Of a stretch of 64,000 nucleotides of DNA, positions 9,243-17,639 are shown piece by piece. Numbering within the stretch: position 1 is the stretch's first letter; each line of letters starts with the position of its first letter. Origin of the DNA: Candidatus Nomurabacteria bacterium (GTDB lineage Bacteria > Patescibacteriota > Saccharimonadia > Saccharimonadales > HK-STAS-PATE-42). The position numbers and the translations under genes were made by a program. Below the pieces are notes generated by a model that saw only the letters and a program-made list of their open reading frames with translations, had not been told where the DNA came from and ran no database searches. Location: the NCBI GenBank assembly GCA_023898665.1, contig CP060233.1:420368-484367 (forward strand), in the 5' to 3' direction.

Positions 9243-10496
9243 CTAAGCTCTTTTTAAGAGTAGTTCAAAATATTTTGTACTACCGAAAGGTATTTTTTGC
9301 TTAACTAAACTTTTACCAGGTAAAGAATTGGCCGAACAGATCGTAAAATTACCAAACTTGTCATTTATTTCATCAACAGCTTGTGTTAACCACTCGGCTT
9401 TATTAACTTCTTCGAATATCCCAACCTGATTTCTGTTTGATGGCTCTAGCTTATAGCAAGTGATAGACATCTGCTTGATTTCTTCATTCTTTGGTCTTTG
9501 ATTTATTAAATATAGAGCTCTTCTATAAACTTCTTGGTCGGTATAAAAGCTTGACTTATACATTTTACGTTTAACCCAGTATTCTCCACTTTGTAAATGT
9601 AAGGCAACCATAACTCCTCGGGCGCACTTATTGTTATAGCGTAGTTTTTGCGCGGTTGTCTCACATAAATAATGGAAACACGGTAAAATGTATTTTTCTT
9701 CTTTTGAAGTTTGTCCTAGAACCCATTGTCTCCCTACTTGCCCGAGTTTAGTTGGTTTATCGTCTACTTCATAACCTTTTAGACGTTTGTACCAGTACTC
9801 TCCTACGATGCTATGGAAGACTTGCCTTCTTAAAAAGTCTGGACCTGCTCTGTAAAAATCTAAAACGGTAAATATGCCAACGGCATTAAGTCTAGCCTGA
9901 TAATGCAGGGCTATACCAGTTAAGTCAGTTAGTTCTATTTGTTTGTAGTAGTTAATAAGATTGTCGTGATTTAAGATATCTAGCCCGTCTGGTTTGTGCC
10001 ACCCGGCAGCTTGTTTGGCTAAAAATCTGTTTGTGCCAATTCCAATATTAATTTTCATCCAGCAACCAAGCTCTTTTTTAACTTGTTCTTTAATCTCTAG
10101 ACCTATCTCTTCTAGGGATCTAGTGTTAACTCCTCTGGTGCCGTTAAAGTCGATAATGCCTTCATCGATGCTCTTCATCTCGACATTAGGAGAGTAGCTT
10201 TTCATGATTTTAATTAACTTTTGGTAGACGAAGTTATATTTGGGTGGATCAGTTTCTAGGATAATAAAGTCGGGGTAAATCGCTCTTGCATCTGTTAAGC
10301 TCATACCTACTTTGATGCCAAGAGCTTTGGCCTCGTAAGAGCAGGCTATAACGCAGCAGTGTTTAGATATTCTGTTTGTCACACCCATTGGTTTGCCACG
10401 TAGGCTTGGTCTAGCCTGCTGCTCAGTGGTGGCAAAGGCACTATTGAGATCAATATGCATGATCTGTGGTTCATCTTGATTAATTGATAATTGCAT
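9243..10496 (-). CDS. dinB: Y-family DNA polymerase (DinB/Pol IV-like)
   Basis: 417 aa. MHIDLNSAFATTEQQARPSLRGKPMGV corresponds to the DxDxFYAS.E catalytic N-terminus. SIDEG and palm/finger/little-finger-length architecture are present. Confidence 0.8.
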   Translation of the reverse strand: MQLSINQDEPQIMHIDLNSAFATTEQQARPSLRGKPMGVTNRISKHCCVIACSYEAKALGIKVGMSLTDARAIYPDFIILETDPPKYNFVYQKLIKIMKSYSPNVEMKSIDEGIIDFNGTRGVNTRSLEEIGLEIKEQVKKELGCWMKINIGIGTNRFLAKQAAGWHKPDGLDILNHDNLINYYKQIELTDLTGIALHYQARLNAVGIFTVLDFYRAGPDFLRRQVFHSIVGEYWYKRLKGYEVDDKPTKLGQVGRQWVLGQTSKEEKYILPCFHYLCETTAQKLRYNNKCARGVMVALHLQSGEYWVKRKMYKSSFYTDQEVYRRALYLINQRPKNEEIKQMSITCYKLEPSNRNQVGIFEEVNKAEWLTQAVDEINDKFGNFTICSANSLPGKSLVKQKIPFGSTKYFELLLKRA

Positions 10497-10519
10497 ATAA
10501 CATTTTTATTAGTTAATAT

Positions 10520-10861
10520 TTGCTTATGATTAGGGATGTACTAGTTAATATATTTGAGGTTAAGCCTTTGCCTATAAACTCTACTATCTTCCCCGCTGAC
10601 TTTGAACTTGCGAAAAAGCGGCGGAATTATCTTAGTGCTATATCAGTGGCCTTGGGAGCTGCTAGCTTACTCTGGGCAAATAGGTATGGCCTTGGTGATG
10701 GTTTAGATATCCTTGCTTCTGAGATGTCTTTTGCTGCTAGTATGGCTAATGCAGTTAATTCTCATGCGGTAGCTAAATATGGCAGGTATCTAAAGGCTGA
10801 GGACTTCTACGAGGGTCCAGGTCAATCCTCCAGCGTCGAACTCGAGCCGGTAGTCGTTTAA
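10520..10861 (+). CDS. hypothetical protein (uncertain; its 3' end overlaps the convergent gene by 72 nt)
   Basis: 113-aa ORF with one hydrophobic segment. The last ~24 codons are antisense to the conserved C-terminus of the 88-aa gene. Confidence 0.3.
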   Translation: MLMIRDVLVNIFEVKPLPINSTIFPADFELAKKRRNYLSAISVALGAASLLWANRYGLGDGLDILASEMSFAASMANAVNSHAVAKYGRYLKAEDFYEGPGQSSSVELEPVVV

Positions 10862-11056
10862 GCCATCTGACATATCAAAGACATGGATCATTCTTTGGCC
10901 TTTTGAGGTTGGATGTCTTAAGCCTAGCTCTTTAAAGACTACTTCTTTTTCTTTCCACCGCATTTTGTGCGGAAAACATAATGTTTGTATATCTCCCTTT
11001 GCTCTAAATGAGCAGATTACATCGACTCGTTGATCAACTTTCTGTATTGTTTTCAT
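10790..11056 (-). CDS. small conserved hypothetical protein, paralog A (88 aa)
   Basis: Colinear with ORF 14651..14920, about 27% identity by hand alignment with one gap. Shared positions: M.T.QK....V.V...F.........C.P..M......V.F......VFD..D....YRL.F....L.W.L..V. A GGAGG SD lies 10 nt before the ATG. Confidence 0.65.
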   Translation of the reverse strand: MKTIQKVDQRVDVICSFRAKGDIQTLCFPHKMRWKEKEVVFKELGLRHPTSKGQRMIHVFDMSDGLNDYRLEFDAGGLTWTLVEVLSL

Positions 11057-11123
11057 ACTGTTAAGGCCTCCATTGGTTAAAGAGTTAATTTTAAGACGAA
11101 CGTGTGGCGTTTTTTGCCGATCT

Positions 11124-11142
11124 GGAGGTGATAACAGTGACC
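11124..11142 (-). promoter_or_regulatory. conserved leader box GGTCACTGTTATCACCTCC (anti-SD candidate) upstream of paralog A
   Basis: The same box (GGTCACTGTTAATCCTCCC) occurs in the leader of paralog B. Here ACTGTTA..CCTCC is complementary to GGAGG..TAACAGT, which abuts the ATG (11057-11071). Confidence 0.5.
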
Positions 11143-11343
11143 TAGGTGTGTATCCCTAAAATAAAAATCTTATAAAGGCTACTAACTAAACCTTAAGTAA
11201 AAAATAGGAGTGCTAGTATGTCTCAATGTTTAGTATAGCAAAAGTTAGGTAACTATATGAGCAATGCTAGTAAAATATCGACTGAGTGATTTTAAGTGGC
11301 TCATACTTTGAATATTAAGTAAGTTTATTGTGCTATTGAAGTA

Positions 11344-12291
11344 CTAGTTCCCTATTAAGACCAGTGAGTTACTTAACCCTTTATATGTTTTATAGTGTCG
11401 ATTTGATAAGAGTGAGTTAGATATAACTTTTTTGATTAGTTCATCTGTAAATCGTCTTGACCTTAGTAGTAATATTTCTGAACCAGATTCAATTATTGTA
11501 TCTTTATTATTGTGGTGTATCCTAAGGGTTTGTTTAGTCTTTGCTTTTATTTCCACCTCTTGATTCTTCTCGTTCCAGCTAACACTTGGGTCTGATAGGC
11601 GAATGCCTATTCTTTTAGCTGTTGAACATACAAGTTTAAGCTCTTCTTTTAAGGAGTAGGATATTAAGAGAGAATCTTTGATGTCTGGTTGATAATTAGC
11701 TAAACCAATGAGGATTAAATCTGACTTGCTAGCCAGTTGCATCACATTGTTAAGTATTTTGCTAGGATCTTTGTAGTTACCAAGTGAGTTCCCTAGAATC
11801 ATTACCAAATTGATGTAGTAAGGCTTCAACCCTTCTCTGAGCTTAGTTAGATCGTCTTTTTCAAAGTCCATAATATATACTTCAGTACTTATAGCTTTTA
11901 TTTTTTTATCTATATTATTTTTGGCCAGAGATGCCATCTCTTTGCTTATATCAACTGCAGTGTATGTAACCTGAACATTCTGTTCAAGTATTTCTTGTAA
12001 TATATCCTTCGCTGTTAATCCATTACCACATCCTATATCTATGATATTAATTCCTTTAACGCCCCGCTGAATCACGGACGCTATAGCGTTGTCTAAATTC
12101 TTCTTGATAAGAGTGTTCTCATCTGATGTATTGATATTTAACATCGACCATTTTTTACTTAGTGCATCCCAGTACTTAGCACCTTCCCCTAAATAAGAGT
12201 ACTTACTCAGGATTTCCGATTCTTTAGACAGTGAGTTGTATAGATCTTCTTCACTTATGACGACGTTCTTCATAGCTCTAGAGTATAGCAA
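11344..12291 (-). CDS. class I SAM-dependent methyltransferase (EgtD/Methyltransf_33-like layout)
   Basis: 315 aa. SAM motif I is IIDIGCGNG, followed by VDIS, ILGNSLGNY and a long C-terminal substrate domain, as in histidine-specific methyltransferase-type enzymes. The subfamily is inference. Confidence 0.6.
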   Translation of the reverse strand: MLYSRAMKNVVISEEDLYNSLSKESEILSKYSYLGEGAKYWDALSKKWSMLNINTSDENTLIKKNLDNAIASVIQRGVKGINIIDIGCGNGLTAKDILQEILEQNVQVTYTAVDISKEMASLAKNNIDKKIKAISTEVYIMDFEKDDLTKLREGLKPYYINLVMILGNSLGNYKDPSKILNNVMQLASKSDLILIGLANYQPDIKDSLLISYSLKEELKLVCSTAKRIGIRLSDPSVSWNEKNQEVEIKAKTKQTLRIHHNNKDTIIESGSEILLLRSRRFTDELIKKVISNSLLSNRHYKTYKGLSNSLVLIGN

Positions 12292-12475
12292 AACTCCTAC
12301 TTTAACAGATGTTGATTAAATACTTATGCTTGGCAGAGACTCACGTACCCTATCCAAACTTTTTGAGGAGGTGGTTGAGTTGCCTGATGAGTGCAATCAG
12401 ACACTGGTTAAGACTAAAGATATAATAGTTAATCCACAAAAGAAGTTTATCGTGGGGTTGAGGTACTAGCTTTTG

Positions 12476-13177
12476 CTATGAATGGCTTCTAAAAACTAGG
12501 GCGTGTTGGTCATAACCATCGCTAGAACTAGCTTTCAATACACCTTTTACTTTGGGATTTCTACTTAATTCTTTACCTATTCTAGTTATCTCAGGATTAT
12601 CGTAAACATCAGCCAGTAAGTACGGAATTTGCAGAAAGGCTACTCCTCCTGGCTTTAACAAGTCTACTATGACCTGGGCTGCTCCAGAGTAAAATCTCGT
12701 AGGTAAGTACTGTAGACCGCCCACTGGCCTATGTAGAATTAAATCAAAGCCTCCGTTGGTATTTAAACTTGCCCATTCTATTATTTTTTGCCAGGTATCC
12801 CGATGCACTAAGTTTCCAGCAATATGATCTACAAGTGGGTTATACCTTGAAGCGGGGCATCTTCGGTCCTCGTAGTTTGTCAGCAGGCCCTTTCCTATGG
12901 CACCAATATCAATTAAGTCTTGTAGGGCAGCTCCGTTGCTCCCTCCTGCAAGATCCATCGCAGTATTAGAAGTGTCTTTGCCAATTATTTTTGTGACTAC
13001 TCCAGGCCCTCGTCCTAAGCCAGGGAAATGAACATTAAAGAAGTAGCTGGATAGTCCAGAATCATTTACTGTCCACTCTCCATCTCCGCATTCATCTAAG
13101 AACTCTGCTTCCAAGGGCGTTTGTTTTATTCCGTCTAGAAAGGAAAGAGATGGGGCGGAGTGTTGATCAGAGGGCAT
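12476..13177 (-). CDS. hypothetical protein, possible class I methyltransferase fold (GC-elevated)
   Basis: 233 aa. MDLAGGSNGAALQDL (motif I-like), FDLILHRP and LLKPGGVAFLQ (motif III-like). Hand count of 12841-12900 gives 53% GC. Confidence 0.4.
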   Translation of the reverse strand: MPSDQHSAPSLSFLDGIKQTPLEAEFLDECGDGEWTVNDSGLSSYFFNVHFPGLGRGPGVVTKIIGKDTSNTAMDLAGGSNGAALQDLIDIGAIGKGLLTNYEDRRCPASRYNPLVDHIAGNLVHRDTWQKIIEWASLNTNGGFDLILHRPVGGLQYLPTRFYSGAAQVIVDLLKPGGVAFLQIPYLLADVYDNPEITRIGKELSRNPKVKGVLKASSSDGYDQHALVFRSHS

Positions 13178-13197
13178 AGGACACTTCTTAAGGCTGA

Positions 13198-13827
13198 CTA
13201 CCCTTCTTTTGGCTTGATGGTCACAGGCCCAACTGGTCCGAGTACTACGCCTGACGGTAGAGCTCTCCTGAGACGGTCAATTACTGCTTGGTCAAAAAGT
13301 TCTAGGTCTCCAGCGAAAGCTGCAAACTTTAGTTTTTGGTAAGGGTGAGATTGCCTAAAGGTTGTGGGCAACCCTAGCATATCGCGTATGGCGGTCTTCT
13401 CCCCTTCCATAAGATGTCCAGCTGGGTACATTGATGTCTCTATGTCTCTAAGTTTAATGTCCATACGTATCTTTCCAGTATCTGGGTGTGTAAAGAAGCT
13501 TAAAGATGCGTCAGAAGGATCTATGTAGCCAGTCGATGCTATACCTCCTAGCTTGCCTGTATTGGTTAGATGATCTAAGACTGCTTGAGTGCTAGCCTTA
13601 AATAGTTCCCCCCTCTCTTCGTCTGTGGTATCTGGCAGATGTGGGGCTAGATCTTTGTCTGGCACATATCTTACCGCTGGAGCATCAATTAAGGCTATGT
13701 GTAGGCCAGAAGGGAGCTCTTGAGTGAATCTTCCTATGGCTTCGGCACACCACACATCTCGACCTACTCGACCGATAGCGTATTGATTCTGGAAGGTACT
13801 CACCGTTTCTAAATCTGTCATAATCAT
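13198..13827 (-). CDS. hypothetical protein (GC-elevated, no recognised family)
   Basis: The long ORF 13198..13872 probably starts at an ATG at 13827 or 13821, just after a TGTTATTAT extended -10 box. Hand count of 13201-13260 gives 57% GC. Confidence 0.45.
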   Translation of the reverse strand: MIMTDLETVSTFQNQYAIGRVGRDVWCAEAIGRFTQELPSGLHIALIDAPAVRYVPDKDLAPHLPDTTDEERGELFKASTQAVLDHLTNTGKLGGIASTGYIDPSDASLSFFTHPDTGKIRMDIKLRDIETSMYPAGHLMEGEKTAIRDMLGLPTTFRQSHPYQKLKFAAFAGDLELFDQAVIDRLRRALPSGVVLGPVGPVTIKPKEG

Positions 13828-14101
13828 CCTATATAATAACATCTTTAGGATAAAAGAGCAAACGTATACCATAGGCTGTGAGCCGAAGAATTATGGTTGT
13901 GTGACGTACCTCAACAGAGTAGCTCTACTTTTGAGTATCACTAAAAGTTGTCAAGGGTTAGGATGATCTTGTCCCACCGCGATTATTCTTCTCGAACTTT
14001 TCTGTATTAGCTCCTGTTTAAGGCAATAAACATGGGTCGAGAGTAACCTTAGAACTGAAAAAACACTGGTCTGGGTTCGTAAAAAATAATGAATTCCTCT
14101 C

Positions 14102-14178
14102 TGGCAGGGGTGATAGGACTCGAACCTACGACACCCGGTTTTGGAGACCGGTGCTCTAGCCAACTGAGCTACACCCCT
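14102..14178 (-). tRNA. tRNA-Trp (anticodon CCA), CCA end encoded
   Basis: Reverse complement is AGGGGTG..GCTC AGTTGGCTA GAGC..CCGGT CTCCAAA ACCGG..GTAGG TTCGAGT CCTAT CACCCCT G CCA. Confidence 0.9.
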
Positions 14179-14192
14179 CTACCTAAGAACTA

Positions 14193-14201
14193 ATTATAAC
14201 A
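14193..14201 (-). promoter_or_regulatory. extended -10 promoter TGTTATAAT for tRNA-Trp
   Basis: Minus strand reads CTGTTATAAT 14 nt upstream of the tRNA 5' end. Confidence 0.6.
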
Positions 14202-14212
14202 GTTAAAAGAAT

Positions 14213-14593
14213 TTACTGAACAGTTACTCCTGTAAATTTGTATTTTTGGAAGATTAAGATCTTACCATTTTTAACCGCTGAGGCTTTAAGATTAACTGCT
14301 TCGTCTTTTACGTTAAAGCATCTTAAGTTAGCTTCTTTCCCAGTTTCTGTACTTATAATTCCTCCTTTTAACTCACAGTCTCTAAGCCCATTAAGCTTAG
14401 CGGCAGTCTCGGCATTTTCGGTTTGGCCAGATTCTTTTAAGCCTTTATTTACAGCAGAAGTTATCCAGCTATTTTGTGCCCATGATTTTCCAAATACTAC
14501 CCCAAAAACAAATATTAAGATGATAATGGCTAAGATAATTAGTTTCTTCATGAATTTGAACATTGTTTGATTGATTAAGCTTAAGTCTAACAT
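14213..14593 (-). CDS. small exported/membrane-anchored hypothetical protein
   Basis: 126-aa ORF with signal-anchor MKKLIILAIIILIFVFGVVFG. The antisense ORF 14238..14570 looks like noise. Confidence 0.5.
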   Translation of the reverse strand: MLDLSLINQTMFKFMKKLIILAIIILIFVFGVVFGKSWAQNSWITSAVNKGLKESGQTENAETAAKLNGLRDCELKGGIISTETGKEANLRCFNVKDEAVNLKASAVKNGKILIFQKYKFTGVTVQ

Positions 14594-14650
14594 AAAAAAC
14601 CTCTTTTTTGAGGAGGTTTAGTTATGTAAGCATAAGATTATTGATTAATT

Positions 14651-14920
14651 TTATGTACTTTTTAGCCCAACTGAGTCTAGTAACCAGCTTAGGTTGTCTA
14701 TATTAAAAATTAATCGGTATCTTCTTGTTTGGTCAAATAGGTCAAAGACTCTTCTTTCGCTGTCAGATTGGTCGGCATAGTTTATTCTAAATTTGTTGAA
14801 GGTGACCTGGTTCCCGCGGAACTCCATCTCTACCGGTTCGCAGATGAATCCTCCAGCATCCTCGTCTTCGAAGCGAGCTTTTACTTTTACTTGTTCGTTG
14901 ATTTTTTGTGCTGTGCTCAT
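14651..14920 (-). CDS. small conserved hypothetical protein, paralog B (89 aa)
   Basis: Paralog of 10790..11056 (see that entry). It is preceded by a 387-nt non-coding leader. Confidence 0.65.
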   Translation of the reverse strand: MSTAQKINEQVKVKARFEDEDAGGFICEPVEMEFRGNQVTFNKFRINYADQSDSERRVFDLFDQTRRYRLIFNIDNLSWLLDSVGLKST

Positions 14921-15130
14921 AGTATCTTACCTTTCGTAAATTAAATTTGTTAAGTAATTTGATTCCTAAACTTGAACTTATCTATTGTTGGGAAAGGAGA
15001 TGGCTTATTAATTAGAGAAGTTTTTTAGAAAGCAAAAACAGCCTGACGGTTATTTATCAAACTTTTAATTTTGCGCTTCTTGGCTCCTAAAAGCTTAGGC
15101 TGCTTCTCCGAGCACTAGAGAAACTCTTTC

Positions 15131-15149
15131 GGGAGGATTAACAGTGACC
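15131..15149 (-). promoter_or_regulatory. conserved leader box GGTCACTGTTAATCCTCCC upstream of paralog B
   Basis: About 16-17 of 19 positions are shared with the box at 11124..11142 (one-base indel), same orientation relative to the paralogous genes. Confidence 0.45.
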
Positions 15150-15307
15150 GTAAACTTACTGTAAGTTTTGGTATATTTCCTCTATCTCTTTTTGTTAATA
15201 AGCCTACAAGCTAAAAGTTTAACTAGTGCTTGTATCGCTAGATATAATTATAGACCTCAAAGAGCTTATGTTTCTAGTAGGTTTTGTTGTCTTTTGTGCT
15301 ACAATGT

Positions 15308-15904
15308 TTAGTCGTTCTTTACTAGTCCAACATGCTGAGCATAGCAGGCTCCGCAAAGAGACTCGTAGGCTATATCCATTGAAGACCCATCGATAGCAAC
15401 TTGGTCTCCCTCGAGCACAAACTCTCCATTGATTTTACGCCCATTAAATATTGCGTTGCTACCACAGCGACAAACAGTCCTTATCTCTTTAATTACGTGA
15501 GCTATTTCAAGTAGTCGTGTTGATCCTGGAAACCCCCGGGTTCTAAAGTCCCCCCTTAAGCCGTAGGACATAACTGGTATACCTGGATCTAAGGTTAGGG
15601 CAAAGAGTTGGTCTATTTGGTCAGGACTAAAGAATTGAGCTTCATCGGCAAATATACAGCCTATAGGTTCTCCTCCTACATGTTCTGGAATAGCTTGCCA
15701 AAGATCCATGTCTGGCGTAGCTACAAGATCTACCATCCTATCTATACCGACTCTGGAGGTTACCTTGTTTTCTCCCTTAGTGTCTGTACCAGGTTTGACT
15801 AGAAAGGGTTTCATTCCAATCTCTTCATAATTGTGTGCTGCCCTAAGTAGTTCTATGGTTTTGCCGCTGTTCATTGCCCCGTAGTGAAAGTATAGTTTAG
15901 CCAT
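15308..15904 (-). CDS. tdk: thymidine kinase
   Basis: P-loop YGAMNSGKT, FADEAQFF, and C-terminal zinc ribbon CRCG...CGAC. The start is taken at ATG 15904 (MAKLYFHYG), preceded by TGCTAAACT plus 7 nt. Confidence 0.9.
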   Translation of the reverse strand: MAKLYFHYGAMNSGKTIELLRAAHNYEEIGMKPFLVKPGTDTKGENKVTSRVGIDRMVDLVATPDMDLWQAIPEHVGGEPIGCIFADEAQFFSPDQIDQLFALTLDPGIPVMSYGLRGDFRTRGFPGSTRLLEIAHVIKEIRTVCRCGSNAIFNGRKINGEFVLEGDQVAIDGSSMDIAYESLCGACYAQHVGLVKND

Positions 15905-15929
15905 ATGTTTAAGTTTAGCAAAAAAAACT

Positions 15930-16436
15930 CTAGTTTTCTGGTTGCATACCATAGGCCTTTTCGTAATCTGTGATGCCGCTATCTAAGCATTTTGAAAAGT
16001 TTCTGAGAATACCGATATTACCACCTCTTTTATTCTCAGCCTTTGAATCTTCAATAACTTTAATCTGTGTTTTTAGCTCGTTTTTGTCACCTTTAAGAAA
16101 TGCAATTGTTCCGTTTACGTAGGCGTTCCAGCATTCCTTTTCATTTTCATAGCTTTTCTGAAAGCATTCAATGGCATCTTTGTAAAATTTAGTTCCGGCG
16201 TATCCAAAAGATTGGCCAGCGTGAAAGTAGAGTAAGTCAATTGGAAGGACTTCGCCACCAACTTTTCCTTTATTGTATTCATCAATTTTATTACCGCTAA
16301 GCTTAATGTATTGGAGAATTAGCTCAGCAATGTGTTCTTCACTTACTTCTCCAACTAATGATCTCCAGCCGTTAACAGCTTGATCAAATTCAACAGGATC
16401 CATCTCTAGGAACTTGCAATATCTTTTTTCTAACAT
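15930..16436 (-). CDS. hypothetical protein (helical, TPR-like?)
   Basis: 168-aa ORF with no recognised family. Confidence 0.45.
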   Translation of the reverse strand: MLEKRYCKFLEMDPVEFDQAVNGWRSLVGEVSEEHIAELILQYIKLSGNKIDEYNKGKVGGEVLPIDLLYFHAGQSFGYAGTKFYKDAIECFQKSYENEKECWNAYVNGTIAFLKGDKNELKTQIKVIEDSKAENKRGGNIGILRNFSKCLDSGITDYEKAYGMQPEN

Positions 16437-16461
16437 GATGTTATTAAGTTTAGCTCAGGTC

Positions 16462-16492
16462 TGTAAAAGAATACAAAGCCACTAATGTGGCT
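16462..16492 (-). terminator. hairpin terminator downstream of tmRNA
   Basis: AGCCAC-ATTA-GTGGCT hairpin (16477..16492), followed on the minus strand by the U-rich UUGUAUUCUUUU. Confidence 0.5.
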
Positions 16493-16505
16493 ATAAAATC
16501 CCTTA

Positions 16506-16945
16506 TGGTGGAGCTGGCGGGAACTGCCCCCGCGTCCGATTAGTTAACTGATTGAATACTTTTCAACATGCTTATTTTTTCTTATTTTTTACGTTTAAAG
16601 AAGCTAAAGAAAAAAGAAAAATCTAAAATAAACGACGCTTTTCAAAGTTTAAATCTTAATGTAAGAAGCGTTACTCTTCGATCAAGATCGAGCCAGAAAT
16701 AATATGACATCTTAAACTCTCGAAAGCCTGGCAAAAGAGAATAAGATGGCAAGCCTAAAATTTAGGCTGCTAGTGCGTAATCAGCTTTAAGAATTGCGAT
16801 ATTCTCGCGGATTCTTGCAGCGACTTCGCTAACTTTACTGTTTGCAGTTAAGTTGTCTTGCCCTGTAACGGTGAGCACACCCGACATGCATACACTCAAT
16901 CTGTTAAAGTTCTATCCGTCTAGATGCTAAAAATGCTTCAGCCCC
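16506..16945 (-). ncRNA. ssrA: tmRNA (SsrA)
   Basis: 5' GGGGCTG pairs with 3' CAGCTCC-A-CCA, including the G3:U70 alanine identity pair. T-arm is GCGGG/CCCGC. An internal ORF starting GCAAAC ends in ...KADYALAA-TAA. The 5' TAGACGGA resembles the conserved TTCGACGGG. Confidence 0.85.
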
Positions 16946-16955
16946 ATCTATACAG

Positions 16956-16964
16956 ATATTAACA
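16956..16964 (-). promoter_or_regulatory. extended -10 promoter TGTTAATAT for tmRNA
   Basis: Minus strand reads TGTTAATAT 10 nt upstream of the tmRNA 5' GGGG. Confidence 0.45.
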
Positions 16965-17075
16965 TAAACCTTATCTGTTTGTAAATGCTGGGCTTATGCT
17001 AATATAGTTTTTAAATATAGTCTTTGAACTTATCTCCTTAATAAATACCTAAACAATCCAAAAAGAAATAATACT

Positions 17076-17639
17076 ATGACTATTTCTCAAAAAAAGAAAC
17101 TTGCCAAGTCTGTCACCACTTTAATACTCATAGTTATCGGAGGATTTTATCAGCTTAAAACTAAAAACAATAACTTAGATACGAGTCAAGTTGGATATTA
17201 TGATGTGGTTAGTATTGCCGATGGGGACACTATAACTGTAGATATGGAAGGCAAGAAAGAGAAGGTTAGGTTTATTGGAGTTGATACACCGGAGATATAC
17301 CATGGTGGAGATACCTCTCCATCTGAATGTTATGGAGAAAAAGCCAAAGCTTATATTGAGGCCGCAATAGACAATAAAAGAGTTAAACTTGTGGCAGATG
17401 AAAAAGGATCTAATCGTGATAAATACGGAAGATTATTAAGATATGTTTATAATTATCAAAACTTAAGTTTAGATGAAACTCTGGTCTCTGAAGGATATGG
17501 CTTTGCTGTTGATGGGTTTGCGTATTCAAAGAAGCAAGAATATTTAAGCTTAATGAATGATGCTGAGAATAATAAAAAAGGTTTGTGGGCGATTTGTAAA
17601 ATTGATAGGTCTAAAGGTTACCCGGAGGTAGCTAACTGA
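17076..17639 (+). CDS. nuc: thermonuclease (staphylococcal nuclease homolog), membrane-anchored
   Basis: 187 aa. N-terminal TM helix, then GDTITV...[10 protein letters not shown]...YGRLLRYV, the SNase-fold signature. Confidence 0.8.
   Translation: MTISQKKKLAKSVTTLILIVIGGFYQLKTKNNNLDTSQVGYYDVVSIADGDTITVDMEGKKEKVRFIGVDTPEIYHGGDTSPSECYGEKAKAYIEAAIDNKRVKLVADEKGSNRDKYGRLLRYVYNYQNLSLDETLVSEGYGFAVDGFAYSKKQEYLSLMNDAENNKKGLWAICKIDRSKGYPEVAN

Noticed and set aside
13951-14163. 70-aa ORF on the minus strand
   Set aside because: It overlaps tRNA-Trp (14102..14178), and its N-terminal MARAPVSKTGCRRFESYHPCQ is simply the translated tRNA sequence.
15060-15125. Possible SRP (4.5S) RNA because of GGAGAAGCAGCC and GUCAGG strings on the minus strand
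   Set aside because: The two conserved-looking strings are in the wrong order and spacing for SRP domain IV (GUCAGG should precede a GNRA tetraloop and AGCAGCC). No GGAA/GNRA-capped helix could be built.
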